Shown piece after piece: positions 24,957 through 40,005 of a stretch of DNA of 64,000 nucleotides (position 1 is its first letter; each line of letters begins with the position of its first letter). The notes below the pieces were generated by a model that worked only from the letters and a program-made list of their open reading frames with translations, ran no database searches and was not told where the DNA came from. A program made the translations under genes and the position numbers. The stretch spans positions 108,190,001 to 108,254,000 of the forward strand of contig OX597814.1 in assembly GCA_951406725.2 (NCBI GenBank), read 5' to 3'. Origin of the DNA: Octopus vulgaris (lineage: Eukaryota).

Positions 24957-25289
24957 ATTATATAAAATCCATTCTGTCTGTGTGTGTCTTCTAGGATCTC
25001 GGGCATCCTCCATCCGATTGCGCTCAAATTTGATATGTAGATACCGATGGTATCAGGGCATGTACAGGTGAGAATGCGATCGATAAAACCATGGGAATGT
25101 GCATTTTTCTTTGAAATAGAAAAAAAGTCTATCTTTATTTCTTCTTTTGCTGGTGTCTCAAATTTAGGTTAAATCAGTGTTTCTCAAAGGGGAGGCCTAT
25201 GGGCCGGTTGGACAAGTTGTTTTGAGAAAATTTGGTTTAAATGTTTGACAACTCAGCACTGTCCATTGGTCAGGGGGCATTTTGCTCGT
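24957..25289 (+). mobile_element. Non-autonomous Helitron-like element
   Basis: Sits in (TA)n; 5' tatataaaa..ctgtctgt..ccgattg..aaatttg; 3' gggcattttgctcgt (about GCTAGT). Confidence 0.5.
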
Positions 25290-25365
25290 GTGTATATATA
25301 TATATATATCACCATGGTAACAGTGAGTGTATATCACTGCAGTAATATCAAATATATATTACTAT

Positions 25366-26420
25366 AATAATAATCCTTTCTAATATAAGCACAAGGCCTG
25401 GGATTTTGTGGGGAGGGGACCTTAGTCAATTGCATCCATCCCCAGCATGCAACTGGTACTTATTTTATAGACCCTCAAAGGAAGAAAGTCAAAGTCAATC
25501 TCAGCAGAATTAGAACTTGACAATAACAATAATAATCCTTTCTACTGTAGGCACAAAGCCTGAAATTTGTGAGGAGGGGACTAGTTGATGTCATCAACCC
25601 CAGTATGCAACTGGTACTTAATTTATCGATCCCAAAAGGATGAAAGGCAAAGTTGACATCGGTGGAGTTTGAAACCGGAACGTAAAGAGGGATGAAATAC
25701 CGTTAAGCATTTTGCCCCTTATGCTAACGGTTCTGCTACCTCACCGCCTTAATAATAATAATCCTTTCTACTGACATTTTGAGAGAGGGGACTAGTTGAT
25801 TATATTGACCCCAGTGTTTAACTGGTACTTAATTTATTGACCCCAAAAGGATGAAAAGCAAAGTCAACCTCACTGCAATTTGAACTCAGAACATAGCAAC
25901 GAGCGAAATGCTGCTAAACATTGCTTGGTGTGCTAACGATTCTGCCAGCTCGCTGCCTTAATAATAATGATAATAAATAATGATAATGATGATAATAATA
26001 ATGATGATAATAATAATGATAATAATAATGATAATAATAATGATGATAATAATAATAATAATGATAATAATAATGATGATGATAATAATGATGATGATAA
26101 TAATGATGATGATAATAATAATGATAATAATAATAATGATGATAATGATGATGATGATAATAATGATGATAATAATGATGATAATAATAATAATAATGAT
26201 AATAATGATAATAATAATAATAATAATGATAATAATAATAATCCTTTCTAATGGAGGTACAAGGCCTGAAATATGTGAGGAGGGGAACCCCAGTGTTTTA
26301 CTGGTACTTAATTTATTGACCCTGAACGGGTGAAAGGCAAAGTCAACCTCTGCAGAATTTGAACTCAGAACGTAGTGACAGGCGAAATACCACTAAACAT
26401 ATTGCCTGGTGTGCTAACAA
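25366..26420 (-). mobile_element. Cluster of four co-oriented family C SINEs with (AAT)n tails
   Basis: Repeated aataataatcctttcta...actggtactta...aaagtcaacctc...gaactcagaac blocks at about 25370, 25530, 25752 and 26240. Confidence 0.85.
25961..26242. repeat. (AAT/GAT)n trinucleotide microsatellite
   Basis: Direct inspection; explains the N/D and I/M ORFs. Confidence 0.97.
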
Positions 26421-26441
26421 TTCTGCCAGCTCACTGCCTTT

Positions 26442-26477
<36 letters not shown>

Positions 26478-27532
26478 TTGCAATAGTGAATGCATATCAC
26501 TGCAGTGATATTGAATATACGTTTCTACAGCAATATCAAATACATATAACTATGGCAATATCAAATACATCAATATTGCAATATTGAATTCATGTCAATA
26601 GAGTAATATTGAAGAATAAAAGAGAAACGGCTCGAAATTCCAGCATCAATATTGATTTATTGATTACTTGTCTAAGTCTGAAAGGAATCACTGAAGCATC
26701 AATTAGAATATAGTTTCTATAACCAAAAGCAGGATTTGAACTTTGGTGTTCGGCATTACAAACTGGCAACAAACGGTGAAAGAAGTGGTCCTTGCCAGAA
26801 GCAACAGCTAAATGTCTCATTATAACCTACCATCTTAAAACTGTGAAAGAGACAGGTATATCAAGGATAATGAAGTCCTGTTTATATGATACTACAAAGT
26901 TGGAAGGGTCATGGTTGGAACAACCATAATCCTATGTCTGCTCAATCAGGGCCGACCTGGGGCTCAACAACAACAACACAAATCAATTATAATGTGGCAC
27001 TGATGTTTTGGTACTTACTGACCTCTATATACGTGGAAACTAGTGGACTGTTCGGAGACATTATCATCATTTAACTTCCTCCCTCCATGCTGGGACGGGT
27101 TGGACAGTTTGAGCGGGACTGGCAAGTCAGAAGATGGTGCCAAGCTCTAACGTCTGCTTTGACATGGTTCCCTGATGTCCAGCTTTTTACATGGCCCCAG
27201 CAGCATCAGTGTGGTCATCTAGTAACTTGTAAGACAGGACCCTACTCAGGTGAAGTGAGGAGTAGTAATAAGTGGGGGTGCAATGATGTAGTTTTGAGCT
27301 CCGTCCCATTGTGTGGGACCTTGGGGCAAGTATCTTCCATAGCCCTGTGTCTGTATCACCCCACCACCACCACCACTTGACAGCAAATATTAGTTTGTAT
27401 ATTTCCACATAACTTAGCTGTCTTTGCAAAGAGACTGATAGGATAAGACTTCAAGAAAAAAAAAAAAAAAAAAAAAACCTATGAGAACTGCAGATTAATA
27501 ACTGAAATACTGGTGCAGCATTGGTTATAATA

Positions 27533-27820
27533 AGGGTTCCAGTTGATCCGAACAATGGAACAGCCTGCTTGTAAAATTAACATACAGCTGGCTGAGTACT
27601 CCACAGAAATGCATACCTTTAATGTAGTTCTTGAGGAGAGTCAATGTGACAAGGCTGGTCCCTTTTGAATTACTGGTACAACTCCATTTTTGCCAGCAGA
27701 GTGGACTGGAGCAATGTGAAATAAAGTGTCTTGCTCAAGGTCACAACATGCTGCCAGGTATTGAACTCATGACCTTACAACCATAAGCCAATCACCCTAA
27801 CCACATTAAGCCACATGCTT
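27533..27820 (-). mobile_element. tRNA-derived SINE family E
   Basis: Minus strand: gtggcttaatgtggttaggg..gagttcaatacc..ccttgagcaagacactttatttcacattgctccagtccactc. Other copies at about 27850-28875 (interrupted) and 45395-45655. Confidence 0.8.
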
Positions 27821-27970
27821 GAAATAAATAAAAGATAAATACACACACAGGCACTCCATCATTACAATGAGGGCCCCAGTTGGTCTGATCAATGGAACAG
27901 TCTGCTTGTCAAAACATTAACCTGCAAAGTGGCTGAGTACACCACACATGAAGCATGTGTTGTCAGTAAT

Positions 27971-28665
27971 TACTCAGAGTAGGCAGTTGGTGATCTTTAT
28001 GTAATAAAACACAAAAAATACGCGAAACACAGGCATGTGACTGAGTTGAAGGCAGATTTACTTTTGCCTTTATAGCACATAAAGAAAACGGTGTTGTAAG
28101 AGTGTACGCAGCATGTGTACTACAGCAGTCCTACACATCCTACGCATAGCTTTGATACTGAGATTGAAAAGCAGGAGCAAATGATGCCTACCTAATCTAC
28201 AAAAAAATAAAATATTTTGCATTTTATGCATAATAATCAGAGTAACCTTCATAATTTTATTGAATTAGGTTCATATTTTGCCATGAGAGGAAAATGTTGC
28301 TATTGGATCTATTTTACTCAAAATAGGCAGTTGGTGACCTTAATATAGTAAAACACAAAATATAAGTGAAACACCGGTGTGCAACTGAGTTGAAGGTAAA
28401 TTTGCTTCTGCCTTTATAGCACATAAAGAAAATGGTGCTGTAGGAGTGTACGCAGCAGGTGTACCACAGCATCCTACGCATAGCTTTAATACTGAGATTG
28501 AAAAGCAAGGGTGAATTATGCCTACCTAATCTACAAAAAAATAAAATATTTAGCATTTTATGTATAGTAATGAGGGTAACCTTCATAATTTTATTGAATT
28601 AGGTGCATATTATGCCAGGAGAGGAAAATGTTGCCCACCTTGCCTACCTAGGTGGCACGTCCCTG
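27971..28665. repeat. Two diverged 344-bp tandem units ending in a hAT-like terminus, inserted in a SINE
   Basis: Units start with tactca at 27971 and 28315 (also seen as paired ORFs 28070-28252 and 28314-28586). The end reads cagggacgtgccacctaggtaggcaaggtgggc on the minus strand. Confidence 0.75.
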
Positions 28666-31600
28666 TCAAACATGTCCCCTTAATGAAGTTCTCAGGGAGA
28701 TTGAGCAAGACACAGAATGTGACGAGACCAACCTTTTGGATTATAGGTACAGCTCATTTTTGCCGGCAGAGTGAAATAAAATGTCTTGTTCACTTACACA
28801 ATGCACAGTCAGGAATTGAACTTACAACCTTATGATCCTGAGCAGACTACCCCAAACCACTAAGCCATGTGCCTTCACCACATACACAATGGAATCTTGT
28901 TCCTTAAGCAATTCTATTCAGAACTCAAGTCTATCAACACATTGGTTAAAAAGTGGGGAAAAAAAAAAAGAAAAAAATTCTAACTACCAAGATAGCAGTT
29001 ATGAAAACTAGATAACCTTGGCCCCCTACATCTCTACCCTGCCACCCTGATTACTGCCATCAATAGACAATAGGAAAAGGGGTCAGACAATAACAATGGT
29101 AAAAGGTGTCTCAAGAGAATCATAAAAACACCTCACCCCCACAACACACACACACAAGATAAGAAATCAACCTAAAAGGTTTTTTGTACTTGTTAGCATA
29201 ATAGCATGCATGACTTGATTCCATCTATGGTAGGATTCCGATGAATGGAAACTAGCTCTTTCCGGCTATACAGGATGTTTTTTTTTTTTTTATCGATCAC
29301 TTGTCCGGCCACCAGCTGCAGAAATTCAGCAGACGAAAGCAATAAGGAAATTCCAAATATTTGCTGGAATTGGTATTTATCATTCATGGAAGAAAAAAAA
29401 AATTCCATGTCAATCTTATTTTAAGACCGACTGCAGTGATCAATCGAATCTGCAAAAACCTTCATTTTGAAGCCATTCTCTCTCACTCTCACTCTAGATA
29501 TATATATATATATGGATTGGTGTTTATACAAGAAATTATATCGATACATAAGCTGTAGAGATATCATCATCATTGTTTAATGTCCATCTTCCATGCTGGC
29601 ATAGGTTGGATGGTTTAACAGGACCTGGCCAACCAGAGATGTGCACCAGGCTCTAATCATCTGTTTTGGCAAGGTTTCTATGGTTGGATGCCTTTCCTAA
29701 TGCCAACCACTTTAGAGTGAACTGGATGCTTTTTACTGTTGATATTCAGTTGGTAACAGCACAGAATAATTGGGTGAAGCTAAAGGAAGGAAGAATATTT
29801 GATGGAATAAAAGACAGGCATTTTAGAGGCACACAAATTTCAGCAATACCTGTTCAAGAAAAAAAGTTTTTAGCACATTAAAGCATGTGTTGGATTTTTC
29901 ATGGACATGGCATAAAAAATAACCAATGTCTCAAAGGAGTGAGTGTCGTGGAGTTTAGTTACATCCCACAAACACTGAAGCTTTTCCCAAAATCCAGGGT
30001 TTTTATAACTGCTCAACTTGACTTTAAAGAATCGAAATCACATAAAAATATTCTTTAACTAACTTTTAGAATTCCTATATGAGCAGTTATTTCAACCAAT
30101 AGGAAAATGACAATCATATTTCTTCGGCAATACGATATTACGTCATATTGGGACTACTATTTGAAAATGGCTACACGCTACACATGCAATATAGGCCCAA
30201 CTTCACATATAGTGCCCTTGGTGACTATTTTTGAGATACCCTCAATACCCTTTCACACCTATTGCAACCCCTGCCCCTGAGCCTCTCCTACATCTCATTC
30301 CATCATTTGCCTCAGTCACCTGTAACTTGCCCACCCATCAAGTCCAGACCTCTGTATCCTTTCATTACCTGGCACAAAACTACTTCTACTCTATTAATCT
30401 CTATTCCTAGCTGCGGGGTCATTGCTTGGTGACCCTGAAAGTGCTGGTGCTGTATAAAAAGCCCGCAGTACACTCTGTAAAGTGGTTGGAATTAGGAAGG
30501 GCATCTTGCTGTAGAAACAACACCAGAACAGACAATGGAACCTGGTGTGGCGCCTGGCCTTACCAGCTTCTGTCGAACAATCCAGCCCATGCCAGTATAA
30601 AAAATGGACATTAAATGGTGGTGATGATTTTTGGAAAAAATAGTCAGTCTTGTATTTCATCAAATATGAAAATAATGGGCACTAATAGAAGAATCAGATC
30701 TAGGATAACCATTTTGTTTCCCTTTTGTCTTAAGAGGAGGAATGATTGTGCTCATAAGATCATGCAAGCCTATCTACACTGTGTCTACACGCAACCTTTG
30801 TTTGCCAACCCTCAAGATCATTTTCCCCCCATGGCCAGACATTTTCTTAGAAGATTGGAGGAACAAAGGATATCACTCATTTAAAATACTATGTGATGTC
30901 AAGACAAAGGATATGCAAGCACGCACATACATGCAAGCACATATGCACATGTATTATCATCAGTCAGACGGGCCTGGCATCGATCACATTCAGATAGTGC
31001 TTTTTATGTGCCACCGGCACAGGGGCCAATCAGGGGGTACTGGCATCAGCCATGTTCAGATGGTGCTTTTTACATGCCACCGGCACAGGGGCCAGTCAGG
31101 GGGTACTGGCATCAGCCATGTTCAGATAGTGCTTTTTACGTGCCACCGACACAGGGGCCAGTCAGGGAGTACTGGCATCAAAAGATACAAGAATGAGAAA
31201 TTGCATATTATTCTATGCCGATAAATCTACCAATGCAAACAAACAAACAAACAAGGAAGCTGTTGTGGTGCAGTGAACCCGTTATTGGGCCTCCACTACT
31301 AACAATCATCAATGAATCACACACACACACACACACACGAACCAAACTAATTAAATACAAAGTATATTTTAGTTCTGTTAGTGAAATAATGGTCTTTAAT
31401 AGTAGTTAATGGTTTTAATTTAGAGGAACATTAGATTTGCTTTAATTCCTGCTATTTTATCTTCAATCAGGAACATAAATTTATATCAGAGAATATGTGA
31501 ATAAATAAAAGACTATGCAAAAGCTTAATTGCTTCATTAATTAAGCCTGTACTAACAAAAAATGATTTTTTAGTGTATTTTATTTAATATTTTTTTTTTT

Positions 31601-34600
31601 GACAAATTTTTTTGACAAGTCAGCATCAATCATCTTTTTCCATGATTAAGGATTGACTGGCTTTACAAAATGGTACGGCATTACTTCTCTCATTCTTGAG
31701 ACAACAATCTGATGAGGAAGCTTATCTCTCCCTCTATCTCACTGTCTACTCATCCCTCTCCCCTCCATCTCCATCTCCCTTTCTCTCCCTTCTTCCTCTG
31801 AAGTCAATTGACCTGTTACAAACAGCAGTCAAATTTCTCTCAAATCACAAGATAGAAAATAGAAAATATGTCAATCTAGATATGCTGTGTGGATTGTAGA
31901 GAAAAAGAAAATAGACTGGATGGTCACAGCTGGAGCACCTATGATCACAGGGAAATCTGCTCAAGGTTGGGGAGAGGGATCTACAACAACCAACACTATT
32001 ACCTACATATGGTACAGCAATGGTAACAATCAGAGGCCATGGGAATGGCATCATTGCCTTCTCTTCACAATACTCTCACCAGTCTGAGAGAGCAAGAAAA
32101 GGTCAAGGGCATTGCTCTGTCTCCCCAAACTAATTAACAAAAGGCAAAACCCACCGCCACTTCCATCCACCATATGTTAAACTGTCACATTAATTGAACA
32201 TCTGCCAAGTCAGTTGAGGAGCAGACTCTGTAACAAACGGTTTCTCTTTCTTTCCATTTATTCTGGTCCCCTGTGCATTCACACATCATCCATGCGTGCA
32301 GCTGTGCAAACACAAATGTGAGTGCATGCGTACAGGGATGTGTGTGCATATACATGCACAGTGTGGTGATATGAAGCGGCTGTTGCAAAGTGCATATGCA
32401 CCTTGTTTAATAACGATTCTGCTAGCGGCAAGCTGGCAAAATAGTTAGCATGCCAAGAAAAATGTGTAGGGGCACTTCATGTGCGTGTGCGTTCTGAGTT
32501 CAAATTCTGCTGAAATTGACTTTGCCTTCCATCCTTTTGGGATCTATGAACTAAGTACCAGTTAAACATTGCTGGCATTGTGCCAAAATTTGAAATCAAT
32601 AACGATATTCAAATAAACCTTTAAGGAGTTTGATAAATATATCTGAGTAGTGTAGATTAGGAAATGAGTACAGGGGTCAGCTAAGTGGCCTGCACTGATG
32701 CCTGGGGTGAGAGGGGTCTATGTGGCTATGATTACAAGGGGTCAATAAACACCTAAAATAATTTTGAGTATTAAGGGCACTAATTTATCAAGAAACTGAA
32801 TCTGGAAGAGTGCCTGATAGAAACACCCAGAAAATAGAGAAGGTCAGGCTAGCTTAACTTAGTGACCTTTCTCTGCCTTACTATGCAGTGGTATGGGGCA
32901 CAGCAACATTCTCTGGCATCCCTCATCGACCAGTGAAAAGGTAAACATGATACCCAACAGCTTCTCACTAGAATCTGAACCCAATATTAGAGGGAACAAC
33001 AGGTTAGCTCTCTTTAAAACTCCCCACCATAACAGGTATGGAGCCAAGTGGTTCAGTGGTTAGGCTGTTGCACTTGTGCTTGTGGTTCCAATTTCTTGAG
33101 CAAACCACATCATTCCACACTGCTCCAGTCTACTCAGTCATAAATGAGTTCCAGAAATAATGGGAAGTTAACCCTGTGATGAACTGGCATCCCATCCATG
33201 GGGGTGTGTTGTAACCTCAGTTACTCATATCTTCTACTTGTTTCAGTTATTAGACTGCAGCCATGCTGGGGTACCACCTTAAAGAATTTTTAGTCATTGG
33301 CGTCTGTGCCTGTGGCACATAAAAAGCACCAACCGATCGTGGACGTTGCCAGCCTCCCCTGGCACCTGTGCCGGTGGCACGTAAAAGCACCCACCACACT
33401 CTCGGAGTGGTTGGCGTTAGGAAGGGCATCCAGCTGTAGAAACACTGCCAGATCAGACTGGAGCCTGGTGCAGCCTCCTGACTTCCCAGACCCCAGTTGG
33501 ACCGTCCAACCCATGCTAGCATGGAAAACAAACGTTAAACGATGATGATGATGAATTGACTGGTGAACAGCTAAATTATGGGGACATAAACATACCAACA
33601 CCAGTTATCAAGCTGTGGTGGTGGTGGACAAACAGAAACAAAGACTCACACATATAAATATACATATATGCACACACACAACATTCTTTCAGGCTACCAA
33701 ATCCATTCACAAGGCTTTGGTTGGCTGAGGGCTATAATAGAAAACACTTGTCCAAGGTGCCATGCAATGGGACTGAACTCAGAACCAGGTGGTTCGGAAC
33801 CAAACTTCTTACTTACACAGGCACACTTAAACCAGCTTAAGATCTGACCTTATTAGTCCTGTGGTTTGGGAAAAAGAAAAAAATACCAGGCAGCCTCTGG
33901 GGACAAGAGCAGAAGTAACCCTCAGAAATAAAAGTCTAGAACCCACCCACAGATAACCCCACTTCTATCATCAAATCCCTTGTATTGGTTTATGAACAGA
34001 AAAAAACCCAAAAGATACAGGAGGAGAGAACTCTTTACCCTCAAAATATGATATTGGGTGAAAGGAACACTTTGGTTGAAAATTATACAAGGTAAAGGGG
34101 ACTAACTTCAATCACAGACTAAGCCCCTCCATGCCACTAGTGATGTGAAAGTTGTCGGAGAAAGAAAAGAACAAACAGAAACAATGCAGAGAAGAGGGGG
34201 ACTGGATGTGGTCTTGTCTAGGATGGGACAACCTCTCAAGTGCTGGTGCCATCACAATTTGCAAACAAGTCAGTGTGTGAAGTGGTTGGTGAAAGGAAGA
34301 GTCATGTAGGAGTTCTGTCATGAAATGGGACAGGATTGCCAACAACAGGAACTATTATCACCAATATTTGAGAAGGACAGTTACTCCAAAGGAGAACTGA
34401 CTCAGACCATGATGACCAACCCAATGCTTGCCATCAACGAATGATGATGATGATGGCATTTATCATCACCATCTGTGTATTGTCATTTATTAGTGTAAAC
34501 TATATCATGTTATGTGTGTGTGTGCGTGTGTGTGTGTGTGCGTGTGTGTGTGTGTGCGTGTGTGTGTGTGTTATCTCTAAATATCTAAGAGACAGCTATT

Positions 34601-35040
34601 GAGTCACATGAAACCTAAATTAATATCCAATTGTACAGACATGGTGTGGATGAGAAGCAGGATTCCCAGCTATGTGTTTCTGGTTCAATCTCACTGCACC
34701 TCAGACACAGGTCTTCTATTATAGTCCCGGTCAACCAAAATCTTTTGAGTAAATTTGTTAAACAGAAACTGAAAGAAGCCTGTTTATATATTACACATAC
34801 ATGTATGCGTGTACCCTCATCATGACATCACACAATGACCATAAATGAGCATCACCATCATACAAGCAATGTTGTTCATTGCCACTCTTTCATGTAAAAC
34901 CTGTCTTACCATGGGGAAGTATTAGCTTGTTTGGAAACAGGGAAGTGTTGGTGACAGGAAGGGCATACAGCTATAGAAAACCTGTTTAAATGAATTCCTC
35001 CCAACCCATGTAAATATAAAAGATGTGGACATCTTTAGAA

Positions 35041-35935
35041 TATTGTGCTGAGTCAAAATTTTTGCAATATTTTGGTATTTTATTTGCTTTATTCCTCGTT
35101 ACCCCAAAAGCAGCCTAGCATTCAATATAGAGGCCATTGTGTTGCCCCACCTAAAGCTACCTTTCTTCCACTCCTTTGATTCCAAACTGATACCAGTTCC
35201 AATCTTTTGAGGTGAAGAACCCTTCCACTGAAGCTGCCACCTCCTCTTTGTTGATTAAACTGTTGTCAGCATGGGGACTGAGCCATGGATCAAAGCAACT
35301 TTTTTTCTACACTCCTAATGTATATAAGCAGTGGGTAAGCAAAAGCCAGCTTCTGTCACCAAATGTGGGTGTTTGGAACATAAGTTGATGCTCTGCATCT
35401 TTTGGAATTATGAGGGAATAATTCACTATAAGTTCATTTTGGATGGTTGAACAATTGATGCCAACCTGTGCTTTTGGACAGCTGGAGTGGATGTCTGCCA
35501 TTGTGCAGCAAAAATACGCAGCATTGGTTAACAGGAAAATGAACTATTCTGCAGCAAGACACTGTAAGACCTCATGATGCTTTAATGACTGGGAATAAAC
35601 TCCAGAAACTTGAAGGAATCAAACTGATTCCACACCCAGCATACAGACTGGACCTAGCTTTCTTGGATTATTACAGGTTCCAATCCATGGCTCATTTCCT
35701 TCACTCATGACACTTCATCAACCAAGAGGAGGTGGAAGTTTCAATGAAAGGGTTCTTCATCTCAAAGGACAAGAACTGGTTTCAGCAGGGGATCAAAGAA
35801 TTGGCAAAAAAAAAGGGCTTCAGATGGTGCAACATGATGGCCTCTAGTTGCAATGCTAGGCTGCTTTTCTTGTAGCTTGACAAATAAAGTGAATAAGTTA
35901 CCAAAATATTGCAGAACTTTTGACTCAGCACACTA
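35041..35935 (+). mobile_element. Internally deleted mariner transposon (transposase pseudogene)
   Basis: TIRs tattgtgctgagtcaaaatttttgcaatattttggta / taccaaaatattgcagaacttttgactcagcacacta with TA ends. Remnants KLMLCIFWNYEG, LLQQDTVRPH (HDNARPH) and PHPAYRLDLAFLDYY (YSPDLAPSD). Confidence 0.92.
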
Positions 35936-36505
35936 AATCAGTCAACAATACCGAATAGAAACAAAAGTTAATAAAGGAAGCTCAAGGAGAAGAGAAAAAT
36001 CAATTCAAAGAAGATACAACAGACACCGAACCTAATTAATAGAAAACTAGCAATCAATTGATCAAAACAATGAAGGAGCCTTTATGTGGTCACCTGCTAG
36101 AAATAGTAGTAAAACCTCCCACAAATAACACACTACTGTCTTAACCCTTTTCATAACAATCAGCTTGAGAAATACCTCTTGTTCTATGCTACAAACTTCC
36201 TGTTTTAAAATGATCTCAAAGCCTTCTGTTAAAATTTGGAATTTTGATGGCTTTAATTCATTTCCAGTACCAGCTTAATAGTTTCAAATTTTGGCACAAG
36301 GCCAGCAATTTCAGGGGGCTAAAGTGAACTGGATTACATCAATTCCAGTACTTCTTTTCTTGAAGCCTAGTGTTTATATTGGTCTCTTTTGCCAAACTGT
36401 TAAGTTATGGGGATGGAAACACACTAACACCATTTGTGAAGTAGTGATGGGAAACAGACAAGCATAACATATATACACATATATATATATATATATATAC
36501 ACACA

Positions 36506-37096
36506 GACAACTGCGCTGGTATGATTATGTGTTGCGAATGAATGAGTTCAGTGCAAAAGTGTCACACCCTAGCAGTTGAGGAAACCTGTGGAAGAGGTAG
36601 ACCCATGAAAACCTGGGATGAGGTAGTGAAGCATGACTAGTGACCGGGACCTTTGGAGATATGCTGTGCTTGAGAAGACCTGACAAGCCAAGTGAGACCA
36701 TAGCTCATGGCCTATGCCAGTGGGTGTAACTAGCCCATTTATGAATACCTCTCATTCATTGGACAATAAACCTTGCTTGTGAAGACACTGAGGCAAGTGA
36801 AGTTAAAATCAAAATTGCTGATGTGGCCGATGACAGTACCACCTGATTGGCACTCGTGCCAGTGGAACGTTAAAAGCACATCCGAACGTGGGGTGTAACT
36901 GGCCCACTTATGAGTACCCCTCATTCATTGGACAATGAACTTTACTTGCAAAGACCTACTGAAGCAAGTGTAAACAAATCAAAATAACTGACATGACAGA
37001 TCAGATTGAGCCTGGTGCAGCCTGTGGCTCACCAGTCCTCAGTCAAACTGTCCAACCCATGCCAGCATAGAAAGCAGATGTAAAACGATGATGATG
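36506..37096 (+). mobile_element. RTE LINE 3' end (ORF C-terminus + 3' UTR)
   Basis: QLRWYDYVLRM...TCGRGRPMKTWDEVV...DRDLWRYAV; ends in gatgatgatg. Confidence 0.85.
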
Positions 37097-37098
37097 TT

Positions 37099-37132
<34 letters not shown>

Positions 37133-38283
37133 GCAACAGGCTTCTTTCAGTTTTCATCACACAAATCCACTCACAAGACTGGTTGGTCCAAGGATATAGT
37201 CGAAAACACTTGCCTAAGGTAACACACAGTGGTACTGAACATGGAACCATGTGGTTGGGAAGCAAACTTCTTACCACACAGCTATGTCATGAACACATTA
37301 TCAAAAACAAAAAAAAGGCTGCAAACCCATAAAGCTCCCAAACTGCAATATGACATAAATTTCAGCCAATCAGAAACTAGCATTAACATTACAAAAACAA
37401 CATTAAAAAAAAAATATCCCCCCCTCAACAAATTCCAAACTCCACATAACTAATGTCCTTCAGGAATTCCTAAGCAAACATGGACGTTGTAAAAGTTCAT
37501 GATTCTGTCAAGTCAGACATATTGGAAATATGGCAATGAAAATGATGAAACTAGAAATGTACTTTTCGTTATACCATCATTATCACTGTTGCCATCGTCA
37601 TGTCTGATTTTGCATGTGTGCATGAGCATGCAACTATTTACTGCCCATGCTCTATACTGGCATGGGCGGAATGGTTTGCCAGAATACAACAGCTCCAAGG
37701 ACACACTATACACCATTGTCCACTTTGGCATGGTTTCTATGGCTGCAAGTCCTTCCTAATCATCATCATCATCATCATCATTTAACGTCTGCCTGCCATG
37801 CTAGCATGGGTGGGATGGTTTCACAAGAGCTGGCCAGGCAGAAGCCTGCAAAAGAGTGGACTTGGTGCTTTTTATGTGGCACAAGCACAGGTGAGGTCAG
37901 TTTTGGCAAGGTTTTTACAGCTGGATGCCCTTTCTAACACCAACCACTTCATAGTGTAAACTATGTCATCATTATCATCATCATCGTTTAACGTCCATTT
38001 TCTGTGCTAGCATGGGTTGGACGGTTTGACCAGAGGCTGCACCAGTCTCCAGTCTGATCTGGCAGTGTTTCTACAGCTGGATGCCCTTCTTAATGCCAAC
38101 CACTCCGTGAGTGTAGTGGGTGCTTTTTACGTGCCACTGGCACAGGTGCCAGAGGAGGCTGGTAGCAGCCACAATTGGTTGGTGCTTTTTACGTGCCGCC
38201 AGCACAAATATCATAACTACAATTTCCATTTGATTATATATGTGCACTATTGGTGACATCCTGTACCCATATCTCTCTCTCTT

Positions 38284-39330
<1,047 letters not shown>

Positions 39331-39854
39331 ACATAACTGATGCAACATACCTACTGTTGTGTCAGTTATGTGTTGCAACAGTTACAAGACCCTCTTTAAT
39401 ATTCAAGAAAATATAAAGCACCATGTATAAGAATGAAATCACCCCCTCACAGCATGTCATAATGGTTGTAATGTTTTAAAGTTATTATTTGTCAGGATTT
39501 TGTAAACTAAACTTATAATGCCAAAATATAATTGGCACAACAAATTCTAATGGCCACAGTAAATTCTGTTTTTGCCGAAAGACAGGATGATCTTCCAAAA
39601 AATAACCCTGCCAAACTGTAGTTTTAAGCTAGTTCTTCCCGAAAATACATCTTTATAAAATGGAAAGTTTATTTTCTTCGAGTGGCAGTCATATTTCCAT
39701 CTAGTCAACTGGATCCAAGATGGCTGCCCTGCAGAATTTTGGTTTCTTTTTTTTTGAATCCTATTGGTTCATATGAACATAAAAATGTATAAATCATGGT
39801 GGCACAGTTTTATTATAATTCTTCAGTTTTTGTCTCCTTTTGCATGGACTTGCC

Positions 39855-40005
39855 CTTCCTCTTTCTGATGAAGAGCCAAGCTCAAGATGTCATTTTCATT
39901 CCTATTTTTCCATCGAAAACTTACACTAAGCATCAATCCAATTCACCGTGTGCGTCTAATTGACATTTGTTGTTTTTGATTGTGTGTGTGCTTGTGTGTG
40001 TGTGT
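39855..40005 (+). mobile_element. Short Penelope-like 3'-end fragment with a decayed hammerhead motif (39865-39891)
   Basis: ctttCTGATGA-A-GAGC-caa-GCTC-aaga-tg-tc. Downstream sequence resembles 4230-4320; ends in (TG)n. Confidence 0.5.

Noticed and set aside
31600-31660. Homeodomain-like motifs (catcaatca; similar near 21675 and 44025) as enhancers
   Set aside because: Short AT-rich motifs are uninformative without conservation data.
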